From contig NC_092672.1 of assembly GCF_964355755.1 (NCBI RefSeq), forward strand, positions 9,734,001 through 9,798,000: 64,000 nt of DNA, read 5' to 3'. Under the pieces are notes generated by a model that saw only the letters and a program-made list of their open reading frames with translations, was not told where the DNA came from and made no database searches. Positions 26,701 through 38,680 of this stretch are shown here, one piece after another. A program made the position numbers and the translations under genes. Numbering within the stretch: the stretch's first letter is position 1; each line of letters opens with the position of its first letter. This stretch comes from Antedon mediterranea (Eukaryota > Animalia > Echinodermata).

Positions 26701-29184
26701 CTTAAACACGGATAAAGTATCTACATTGGAACGACCGGGGTTTATTATTTGTTTAATGTTCCGAATTTCTAATCAAATAATGTAACGAATGAAAATGAGT
26801 CCTGTTTAATAATACAGGACGTAAACTATACTTGCACCATCAAATCCCGACAAACCGATTTTATTTCTCCATGGTTTTATGAATTTACTGTAATTGCATT
26901 GCCAAATATTAATATAAATCGGAAGTCTCCATTTATAAGACTCGTCCCTGTAGCAAAGGCCATTACTGAACACTAGTGTGCTGTCTGCCAATGAACCCAT
27001 TCACCAAATTTGGATAGATACCAGGGATCTGTTCCCGGATGCATGTACACACGGGTACACTTTATTTTAATAATACACACAACTTATTACTGATATTAAC
27101 CTAGGGTTACACTAGAGTAGTTTAAAAAATGGGTAGGGCCCAATGGTCAATTGTCGGAAGCCTGAGCGCGCCTACTGATTCAGATTACAATCGTTTCAAT
27201 AGTCTATGCACGTACGTTTCGTTTAGGGGTGTGGAGGGGAACTCACTTAGTGGTTGTTTATGAATTAGCCTACTGTTAGCAAAAATGTTTAATCACAACA
27301 TTTACCCAGAATACCGTATTGAATAACATTCGAATATGATCAATAAAGTTTATTTAATTAATGGGAATGGTTGCGATTATAATTATTAGTTTTGTAAATT
27401 TAGATCACCGTTCACGGAACCAAGTGGGAGAAATGGGGATGAGCATGTACAATCACACTTAACGTCTAGTGGATATTACGTCATCACACTCCTATAAGTA
27501 TATTCATGTGAATGACCAAGAAAGAGAAACATCATTAGAATCTAATTGACATTTTTGAAGATGATTATTTAGTTTGTCTTAACTTATTTACAAAGGATAA
27601 AATATCTGAAATATTGATTTACATACGCCACCCCATCTATTTTCTATTACTACACATATCATCAACGTCGATATCGATTAATAATAATAAAATGGATTTT
27701 GTCGGTGTTGTTTGTTAATTTTTATTTGTACACATGGTAAAGTAATTTACAAGATACAATACTATACCAAACAATAAATATGTGGGCACGTGTTCAATGA
27801 AGATACAAAAACATAAAGCTAATATCGCACATTACCATTGGCATTACAAATAAATTGTTGTTTTAAACAAACACGGTTTGCGGTACACCACGTGATTCCA
27901 AAAATAGGAATCACGTGTGTACCACAATTAGGCGTAATAGTAGTATTTATGATTGATACACAAACAACAAACTTTACAATCATGTGTTAACAAAAAAGTG
28001 TCGAAAGTGAATTAATATGTGCAGAATAAATAAGCAAGGGAAACTCGAAACAATCAATAATTAGTGTAGACTGTTATGTAATTTCGATCGTCTTTCGAAA
28101 GAGCCATTCAGTTTTCCTAATAAAGTCCAACGGTGAAACTGAACATGAAAATCGAGGAAAATAAAAGTGAGAAATGTCCGTTATTATCGTATTATTGTTA
28201 TCGTATATTCTGAAAAAGATTTTCTCATTGAAACGGGGATAAAGCCAAAATAAAACTACGGCATTATATCTCTCTATAATAACGGCCTATAGGGGATATA
28301 ACCCACTTAACTTTAACTCACATGGTCACAGATTAAAATAAAATATGTAATTGATTGTAGCCCAGTTTACAAGAACAACTAATACAGTAGTATTAAGAAA
28401 CAGTAGCAACAGATTTAATTACCATAAGCCGCAACCACAGACTTCTTTAGGTTATATTTGAACGAAAGAAGATTAGAAAGAGATTTAAATGAAATGCTTA
28501 AAAAATTCCATAATTTCGGGCCATTGTAAAAAATGTATTTCTTCTCAAATGGAATGTATGCTTTTCTGATAAAATATTTGATTTGGAAAATCCTGTATTA
28601 TAAATTGTGAATGTCAGATTGTTTTTGATGAAATGAAGAAATAATATGTTTAGGTAAGGAGAGATTGTGTAAACGATACATAAAAATCTAAGTTTGTACG
28701 TTAAAAGTATTGAATTTATTAAAAAGGTGTTTGGTGTGGTTATGTGGGATCTGTGATCAGGGAGGGATACACAGGAACTAATATTTAAATGTTTTCAACA
28801 AAAAGTAATTAAGGATACTATACAACTAATATAAAATCTTTACTAATTGTTTTTAGAAAACAAAATTTATTGACTAATTTTATATGTGTGCCTAATATTA
28901 AATTATATTCCCGGAGCTATCCTTTAAGCAATTTATAAGTATGCTAAGTTAATATATAAGACATTAAGATGGCTCTTCAATGTACTAATATTGAAACATT
29001 ACAAATTATGTACAATTATTTAATTAACAATTAAAAATTAATAATAATTGACTGGCAAATTACATGATTGTTTAAAAAGTTTATAAGAAGCATTCAATTT
29101 ACTTATATTGAGACATTACAAATTATGTACAATTAATTAACAATTTACAAATTAATTACAATTGACTGGAAATTAAATGCTTGT

Positions 29185-32100
29185 TTAAAAAGTAACAAGA
29201 TTATTTTTCTTAATAGTCTCGACAACTTTAGCAGTCATCGCTGGTATCTGACTGAGATCATCAATACATTTAAATTCCCCATACATTTGTCTCCAGTTAT
29301 CAATTAATTTTGCCCGTTTTTCACCAATACTTTGAAGAGAGCGTAGCTCTTTGACAGAACCTGTATTTAATAAATTTAGCACAGACAAATCTGAAACGAT
29401 AGAAACAAAAACCTATGTTGTAATGTACTGGTGTGAATTAGCTCTTTTAAAGATTATATTTTTAACAGCATTATTCGTCATATTTTCCCACAAATTTAGT
29501 TTTTTGTATTTTGTAAATCTCTCACATTTGTAGATTGGTAATCCCTTCAAACTGAATGATAATCTCTTCAGTCTCAAAGTTCACTTTCTTTAGTCTATTG
29601 AAATATTTTAATCTTTGTTCATAGGATTAACATTTAAGAGGATTGACTGGTAGGAACCAGTTCTAAATTATACTGAGCCCTGGATTGCAGAGAGCTTATC
29701 CCCTTGCTGCGTTGGGTGTGTTTTTTGACTTTCTTCATTACAAATTAAATAAGAACATCATAAACAATTTAAATAAATTTTTATATACATTTTAAATATA
29801 ATTATTTGATAATGTACATTCTGAAACTGGCAAAAAAAAAATTCAAAAAATGTACTAGTTTATTTTTTTTTAAATAAAAAACATTAGACAGCCATTAACA
29901 AAGTTACTTAAATTTACATTTGTGTGTAAAGTTTTTGTAAATTATTTTTCAATAGTGAAGCTGCAATCTGAATGTTAACATCTCAGGCAATTCATATTTG
30001 GACACTGAAACAATTCTAATTGGGATCATTACTTATTTATTTCTATAATCTTGAAACAATGATAAAGAAAGTTCTAATTCATGTTTTCTTTCAACATATA
30101 TTTCTTCACAGGAAGAAGAAAAAATAAAACGCATCATTGATTTAATGTTTTAGATTAATTTAATTGAAAAAGACAACTAGTAGATTGGTAGCATAGAGAG
30201 TGTGGCTTTTTTTTGGTTTACAGGACAGATGCCATTTTGCCACTACATGATTGATGATAGATGTAAAATTTGGCTATCACTGAAATTATTATGACAAGTG
30301 TGTGCAGCTATTTCTCGGCTAAGGTAAACCACACACTAACAGAAACGAATGTATGTTCATGGCACAATGGAAAATTTAACAAAATAAATAGTACTCACTA
30401 TGTTTAGCTTGTTGGTTAGGGTCAGGTTGAAATATTCTCTGTGCTATATTTTCTTTCCCATTCTGTAAAAAAGTAACATAACTCTTTCTTGTAAGGTGTT
30501 GTTCTATTATTAAGTCAAAGAATACATTTTGTGTTTATTCATTTATATATTTTGTTATATATATTTTTTAAAAAAACATAGCAGCATTAACGTTTGTTAA
30601 TAAAAGGATAGAAAAGAACAATAAAACTAAACTATTCAAAACACTTACAAATACAAGTTTAAAAGAAAGTTAACATTCATACAAAAATACATAAATTTTG
30701 TATACAATTGATTTTAAATTTTTTTTACATTATTAAGCAGATATTAAATTTAAAAAAAATTTGTTTATGTGAAAATTAAGTACAGTACATTATTAAATTT
30801 ATTTATTATTATTACATTTTATTGATCGTATTTATAATTGTGTTCGGGTAATACATTCTCTGGAAGATCAGGAAATTCATTATAAGTACATTAACCTACT
30901 CAAGGACATCTACACCAACTGCACTACCACAGTTACGATGCACAAACCAAGCTAGAAAATCCACATAAAGAAGGGTGTCCGACAAGGCGATACAATTTCA
31001 CCTAAACTGTTTACAGCTTGTTTGGAAGGCATATTTCGCTCACTGGAATGGGAGGATAAAGGAGTGAATATCAATGGAGAAAAAGTTAATCATTTGAGGT
31101 TTGCAGATGACATTGTTGTCCTGGGAGAGCAAATCAGTGAAGTGGAGTATATGCTTAAAGACCTTGCAAATGCCAGCAAATGCTGTGGATTGAAAATGAA
31201 TATGAAGAAAACAAAAGTTATGGCAAATTCCATGGTACCTCATGGTTCTGTGACTGTTAATGGCAATAAAATTGATGAAGTAAATGAATATATCTATCTG
31301 GGGCAGAGATTTAGCCTGAGAGAAAAGAATCAAGAACAGGAGATAAAGAGGAGAATCAGATTGGGCTGGTACCAATATGGTAAACTGAGCAACATCATGA
31401 GAGGGGAAATACCGTTAAGCCTAAAAAGAAAGGTCTTTGATCAATGCGTGTTACCAACCATGACATATGGAGCTGTGACCTGGGCACTGTCAAATAAAAT
31501 GGAAAAGAAAATAGCAACAGCACAGCACAACATGGAAAGAAATATGCTCGGAATCATATATAAAGACAGAAAAACAAATGAATGGGTGAGAAAACAAACA
31601 AGTGGAAGTGGGCTGGACATATCAGTAGGAGAAGAGACAATAGATGGACTTCGCTAATGACATCATGGAGACCGATGGATGGGAGTAGAAATAGAGGAAG
31701 ACAAAGAGTGAGATGGCGAGATGAAATACACAAGTATTGGGGAACAGTGCAGTGGCAGGGAGCAGCTAGAGATCGTGCACTGTGGCAGAAACATGCTGAG
31801 GCTTGTGATGATGAATACATTTATTTTATGATATTCATAAAACACAAGGCACAGTATGAAACTAGTACACAAGAGTACTACAGTTTAAAAATACATAGGT
31901 TTTTAAAAGTACACACGGGTGGTGAATAATGTACTGTGATGTAAAATTATCCTATAACCAGAACCATGGAGCGAGTTGGGCGGCTTTCCGTGCCACTGAA
32001 GTGGCTACAGACCAAGAGTTGCTTGACAAATTTTAATATCTTAGTATCTTAGTTAGCTCCTCTAACTATTATAATAATTTCCAAATTTAGAATTAAGGAA

Positions 32101-35100
32101 AGGATGGCCATTTTAGAACAGCCATTACAATCTTTATTTTTAAGATTAAAAATTTATTAAACAAAAATTTAATCTTAATAAATTTAATACTGATAGTGAA
32201 AATAATGTATACTCACAGATTCTACTTTCACTGCCTTAACAAAATGTACATCTTCTAGAAATCAAGATAATAAAAACCAATTATACTGATTTATTGCTAA
32301 TTTAATCAGCGCACACAACTTTAAGCTACAAATTTACTGAACAAAATCAATAAAATTACACAATAAAATTAATGCTTAAATAATATACAGTATATACATA
32401 TACAAATGAAAACATGAAATAAATACATACTTGTCCTTCCTCCTTTAGTTCTTTCATTCTCTAGACTACATGTTCCTCCTAATCGAGCAGACAATTCCTT
32501 ATTTTTTTTCACCATCCATTCCATATCATTCCTGCTTTTCTGGATATCATCCAGCATATCTTTATGGAGAAGACTTGCATCCGCATCTTCTGATGTATCC
32601 TGCTTGTCTTGCAGTTTCATAAGTTTCTCTTCAAGGGACAGTAACTTTGCAGTCACATCATCATGGAAATGTCTTTGTTTCCTTAAGAATGGACTTAGAA
32701 ACTTTACAGGTGGTGCATGCATGTTACCTGCTTTTGTTTCTGTTTGATTTTCTAAAGATTTTTTCTTATTCAAAACCATTTTCTGATCTTTTATTTCTAG
32801 TTTGTTTGGTTTTAATTTCTTATTTTTAACAGCTCCTTCCTGGATTTCATGTTTCCTCTTTGAAGTTTGAGGTTTTGGTTTTTCTGAAATTAAAACATAC
32901 ATTAGCAAAAAGGCAATGCACTGCAATGGATCAATTTATGTCTAGAAAAATCTTGGTACCTCCTTTAAATGAAATACTTTGCAGGGTTTTTTTTGTAAGA
33001 TATATTACCAGAATGTGAAAAAGTTAAGAAACTCAGCAACAACATCAGCAGTGTGTCAACTGACTTTACCAGTAGAAGTCAAGTAAACAATGCAAATTAA
33101 GAATGCTTTTGGAATATCATGGAAGGTAGGCCACATCCTCAGGCCCAAAGAAGATACTTTGCCGTATTATTCTACCTGTATTTTGCCGAATTACACCAAC
33201 CAAAGTCTGATCCGCTCCATTCATATTTAAAACAATTAAATACTTCTATATATTGAGACAAATTGCACAAAATAGGTCATCTTGGAAGGATCTCATCAGA
33301 AAGCCTTGTCAAAACCTGGAGCAGTCAGAAGACTATGCAGCATAAAAGCATTAAAAAACAGTAAATTAAAGAGGGGATGCAATACAATAATATTGCCTAC
33401 CATAAGTTTGACTTGTAATTGGTTTGTTGATTACTGTTTTAGACTTTGCTGCCAGGTTCAGAGTGGTATAAGTATCCATATATGAGCTTTCCTCAGGAGA
33501 AATATTGGTAATCATACATGTATGACTGTTACCACCTAAGGAATCCTTTGCATGAAAAGAATATGAACACATTATAATTTCCATAACAAGGTGATTTAAC
33601 CACTATAAAACCATATGTTTGTAATGACAGGAGCTGAAATATACCAAAACTCTTGGTAACTCTTTTATGAAATATGCACTGGATTCTTTCAAATGCATCA
33701 ATCAGATGTGTACACTTGACCACAAGTTTTATTTACTTCTCCGAGAAGACTGTCGATTTCCTTGTGGCGATATGAATGTATTTTTCCGTGCCTGTGTCTT
33801 AACCACTGGGCCTCTTGACTATACTATTATTCCTTGATAAAACATCTTAAGTGAGTATTGGTAAATAAAAAGACATACCTGCAGTAATCTGGTTAATTTG
33901 CTGTCCCTGTAAGGCACCCTCGGCTGAAAAAAAAGAATACAGTTATTAGTGTGGTTATAGACATTTTGTGATGGAAACACACCTATATCTAGTAAAATGA
34001 TACTGAAAAGGTAGGTTTGCGGTACACCATAAAGAATGTCTTTATTTTATTTGTTATGATATCTGTCTTCTGGAGTAATGTTAGGCAAGTACAGTATAAA
34101 GTTAGTAGAGTCATCAATGTGAAAGTCGTTAATATAGTTAGTATGTAGTACTGATGTAATCTTACCATATTTCTATTCAGAGCATCAACAACCTGGCCGA
34201 GTACAAACAGAGATGTATTGATACAACCACTTTCTTTCAATCTACAACAGCAAATAAATCAAAATGTAAGAGGGACTATTCATTGCACAAACCTTGTCTA
34301 TAATCTATAAATTGTTCTGTAGAGGCTTTGATTGCCTTTTCTGTTATTAGTTAAACTACCAGAATACATGATCGTAAGTATTAAATATTTTATAATTGTA
34401 GATTTCAGCCTATTCAGATTTAATAGAGATTTTATAAAATCCAATAATAAAGCTTGGTCCACACTAGGACGAAATTGAAGGACTTTTTACCCATCACAGA
34501 TGGCAGTTTGGATGCTTTGTAACTATGCATGTCTTAACATTGTCTCCTAATGAGAACAAATCGTAATGCCCTTGATGTGGAATAAACTTGTAATGTTGTC
34601 TTTACCTGATGCCTTTATTTCCAGTGCGTTTGTTGTTTTCACTTCCTGCTAGATCAATCAAGTACATCTTGCCCGTAAGCATTCTGTAAGGGCTACACTG
34701 CTCCTTTTTTATGACCTAAGTAACATGTTTGTAATAAGTGTCAGAAGAACTGAATGACTATATTCTCAGAAAGTTTTTTTTATATCTTTGAAAATATCTG
34801 TCAAGCAGAAGCATCCAAGATCTCAATCATCTTGTATGGAGGTAATAGATCTTTGACGTCACCACTCCTTTAGCCATTCTTTTGACTGTCTGTAAAGTAC
34901 CTATACCAGGGTAGCTCTACTTGTGGGAAATCAATCAATCAATCGTTCGATTTATATAGCGCCATTCCAACACACTAACCAGATGTGCAGACCATTCCAT
35001 ATCCCAGAAAGAATTTTTCTACCACAAGAACTATGGTTTACTAGATGCTTCAACCTGTTCTGATATCATGGTTTGCGATAATATGCTGTACAATAAATTG

Positions 35101-36745
35101 ATATTTTTTAATCTTAAATAAGTTAGAAATTTACCTTTACAAGCAATATAGAATGACTTCTACTTGATCTAGAATTTAACTTTGTTGTTGCAACTGTTCT
35201 ATAAAAATAAAAATTGTTATGGAGACTAAATCTAATATTCCAGCAAAGTTCAGTAGAAGATACTGTAGATAAAATACAGCATTTTATTCAATATCAATTA
35301 ACGTTAAACATAACCATTTTTAGTGGTGACATTTTGGGCAGATAGATCCCAGGGTCCTGGGTTCAAATCCGGTCAGATGTCAGGATTTTTTTTTTTAATG
35401 AGTCCAAAAAACACCTCCCTTCCCAAATAATTATGTAGACCATCTTGTGTAGGTTTGTCTGGAATCAGTATGGTTATCCACAAACCGTATTCTGATTTAT
35501 CAACAATGTAGAATGAATGAAACAAACCTATTTTGACTAGCTGGTACAAAAACAGACGTGAAATCATCAATGTTTGTTATTTTCTTCTCTGATAAATTTG
35601 GAATGACAATTTTGTTTTGTCGGTCTTGCCTTATAGTTAAATCCTGATCTTTTGGTTCAAGCAGATCAAACACCTGTGAATAGGAATAATGCAAATAATG
35701 TAGAAAAAAAAAAGAAAAACTAAATCTTTCACTTTCATCTCAGATTCGGCTGGGTCACTGGTCAGATTTTGACCAAAGCAGAACATAATCTGCCACAACT
35801 ATTTTAGGATCTGACCATGCCATTAAAGAGACCCACTGACTTTTGTTTTGAATCGCAAAACATTACCAATGCTCTATGAGACAAAAACCAAGCTAAGCTA
35901 ATGTAGCTTAGCGTGTGTTATAATATTAACATTACCTTTTCTTGGTATATCTCCAAATATGATATGTATACCTGGTATTCCCAGGAAGAAGTCTTAAGCT
36001 TTTCTTCACTGATTTTAGCAAACACATCAACAATAGCTTGTGGAATTATGCCGGGATGAGTTTCAGTACCAAGCATTGTGTGTGTCTTTCCTGAAAAAAA
36101 TCATACAAAAAAAATAGCCTCACAATTGTAAATAGATTTGACTTACTCTGGAAAAGTTTTGCAATCCGATGGTTTTTTCATTTTAGAATGTACTGAACTG
36201 TGGCTGGTAGTTATATCTTCCTACCAGATTACAATTGGGGGTACAGTATATCAATTTTTTTTTTCAATTTAATGCAGAACAAGCTATGTTCACTGCACTG
36301 TAACTCTGATACTGTACTAGACCACAATTTAGATATATAGAGAAAAGAGTGTTCACTTAAACTTATGAGTACTGTCAACATCTTTTATTAGTTAATGTAC
36401 TGTAACAGTATACTGTATCTGTAAATATAACCATTGTATGTCCATTCATTTACCTGCACCTGTTGGGCCATATGCAAATATGCTTGCATTTTGACCAATA
36501 AGAATCTGTTTTGAGAAAGACTCAACACTTGACTTGTACACATCTTCTTGTGTTGCTGCATCATTGTGAACTGTGTCAAATTCATACTTAAGTGTTTCTC
36601 CAATGTTTCGCCAGTTGACAATCTCAAGGGATTTTTCACTAAGTTGATGGACACATGGTTTAAATGGTGTAGTGCTGGTTGACTCTGAATTTGATTTTGC
36701 TGGACGGATTCGAATGACAACTCTAACTTGTGATTTCTGCACCAT
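29185..36745 (-). CDS. KIF22: Kinesin-10 chromokinesin KIF22/Kid (597 aa, 12 coding exons)
   Basis: Exons 36745-36454, 36090-35936, 35673-35528, 35198-35135, 34715-34606, 34241-34166, 33923-33879, 33545-33401, 32883-32431, 32254-32217, 30462-30399 and 29390-29185 are GT-AG and in phase. Motifs: P-loop [40 protein letters not shown], and a C-terminal helix-hairpin-helix ([24 protein letters not shown]). Confidence 0.93.
30858..31813 (+). mobile_element. 5'-truncated, inactivated RTE-clade LINE (RT C-terminal part), antisense in a KIF22 intron
   Basis: Translated motifs [26 protein letters not shown] and [13 protein letters not shown]. There is an in-frame TAG at 30953, a deletion/frameshift near 31600 and a short GAT-repeat tail. 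AATACATT at 30850-30857 and 31814-31821 is a possible TSD. Confidence 0.9.
35318..35400 (+). mobile_element. Degenerate tRNA-derived SINE head
   Basis: A-box-like TAGTGG and B-box GGTTCAAATCC are present, but no acceptor stem. Confidence 0.45.
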
Positions 36746-37039
36746 TTTTAATATACAAGATGCTACAACAGACAGCCTGAACAGATTTGGGATAAGCAAT
36801 AATAGAAAAACAATGTTATCTAGGTAGGGTGGGTGGATGGATGTCAATGTGTTTGAAGGTGTGGCATGCAAAGAATTGGTTAGATTGGATGGAAGGAAAG
36901 TTCTGTACTCACAAATGGAAAGAACTAACTGTTCTGCTGTAAATGCATTGTTAGTTTAATTATAATACCATCATTTAGTTTAGTATGCCCCACTACAGTA
37001 GGCATTTAAAAAAAAAATTTAATTTCAACATATACAGTC

Positions 37040-37710
37040 TACAGTAGGCATAGCAAGCCTAGGCCTAACTCTAGTTAGGCTGGACTACGGTGGACCTAGG
37101 CTAGCAAGATTAGTACAGTAGCACCGGTATAGTCAATACATATAGTTATTAGTAACCGAGTAGATAGGTTCTTTCAAACCTTTCTATTAATTAGTATTAC
37201 AGCCAGACTATAATAATATAGGGATAGGCAGGCCTATATAGGCCTCGCTTAGCTAGTCTTGAGTCTCTACTACTACTACTGTACTACTAGACTAATCTCT
37301 ACACTACAGACAGACCTACTACGGTACCCCTACTAGGCTAGGCCTACTAGTACTAGGTAGGGCCTAGTCAATTATAGGTAGCTAGCCTAGAGTTAGGCTC
37401 CCAATTTTCCTAGACTAGCTAGAGTCCTTCCTATACTAGTCCGGCTAGGCCTATGCTATAGAGGAGTATAATTGTAATAGCCTATTATATACTATATGCT
37501 AGTATTATAGTAGGCCTAGGCCTCTAGTAGTAGTAGATGGCCGGGCTAAGCCTAGTAGTAGGCCAAGCCAAGCGGGAAGCAAGGCTTCCAATTCAAGCCT
37601 CTAGAGGCCTGGCCCTAGCCTAGCTAGGCCTAGGTGAATCATCCGGCTAGGCCTAGGTAGCTATCACCTAATTAGTTACGCCGCAATGTATTTACAGTAG
37701 CTTAGTACCT
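37040..37710. repeat. Low-complexity tract of AGGCCT/CTAG/TAGTA mini-palindromes in the probable first intron of KIF22
   Basis: Dense TAGGCCTA, CTAGGC, GCTAGC and ACTAGT words. Confidence 0.75.
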
Positions 37711-37774
37711 ATATAATTATCATTAATAACAGGTGAAAAATCATGAATTATTATAATTATAAACAATTTATGCT

Positions 37775-37791
37775 TTTAAATTGCACCGCCG
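37775..37791 (-). promoter_or_regulatory. Candidate CDE/CHR-like cell-cycle element at the KIF22 promoter
   Basis: The - strand reads CGGCGGTGCAATTTAAA (GGCGG followed by the TTTAAA CHR variant) about 1 kb upstream of the ATG. The spacing is 1 nt longer than canonical. Confidence 0.35.
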
Positions 37792-38680
37792 TTATTGTGT
37801 TTTTTGTTTTAGCTTCCTTTTTTCCCTCATAGCTCCCTCATCGACCACTCTTTTTTCATTACTTTTATCGCCCTCTATAGTTGAGATAACAAACGAAACA
37901 TTTTTGGGGCTGCTGCTAAAAAACGGTGTTGAAAACTTAAAGATGATAATATTTTACCCCAAAAACATGAAACATTAAGATTAATACAAGCAGACTTTTT
38001 ATAGGACATTTTTTAGTACATTGTGTGTATCACTTCCATAGAAAAAAAAAGCTGAAACAAATAATATTTTCACTTATAAAATGACAAAATAAACGGTTTA
38101 TTGACCTCCAGTCAATTTTTAGCTTTGAATTTTATTTTACAATCAACATGTATTCAGTTTTATTTGAAATGAAATCCGAGGAGTTAATTCATGTCACAGT
38201 TCAATTTCTCTATGTCTCTTACTTTTAACAGCTAAATGACTCTTTATATACAAAATAGTACACTCAACGAAATTTGTCTTATTTTTTATTTTCGATTCTC
38301 AAAAAATAGAATTTACTACTTTTCTAACAATATAATGTTATATAAATAATAAAATAAAAAGTGAATGCGTTATGGAATGTTTTATTATTGCATTATTATT
38401 TAATTTAAATATTATTATAGTGAGGGTTATTTAAAAGTGCATAATGTAATCTTATAGTTAAAAAGCCAAGCCACATGTGAGGCGATTAGTTTGGTGTGTT
38501 TTTACTAATAAAAAACGATATTAAGACACTGTTGATTGAATTTTATAGAGAAATTATAACAAAAAGGGAAATTTCTTTTTGAAATATCATACATTTTCAA
38601 GAAATGTTTAAAGAAAAAAAACATAAAATAAAATAATTTAAATTGTATATTCCAAATCATCAATAATTAATTTTTGTTAT

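Noticed and set aside
31022-31929. Reverse-transcriptase ORFs as a host gene or retron-like system
   Set aside because: They have RTE LINE motifs, a 5' truncation, an in-frame stop and a frameshift, so this is a dead retrotransposon copy.
35318-35400. tRNA gene
   Set aside because: Only A/B-box remnants are present, with no cloverleaf or acceptor stem. The same applies to 44660-44700 and 60780-60845.
36746-36871. N-terminal extension of the KIF22 ORF (MHATPS...)
   Set aside because: It runs through a polypyrimidine tract and acceptor near 36777; the motor domain begins right after the ATG at 36745.
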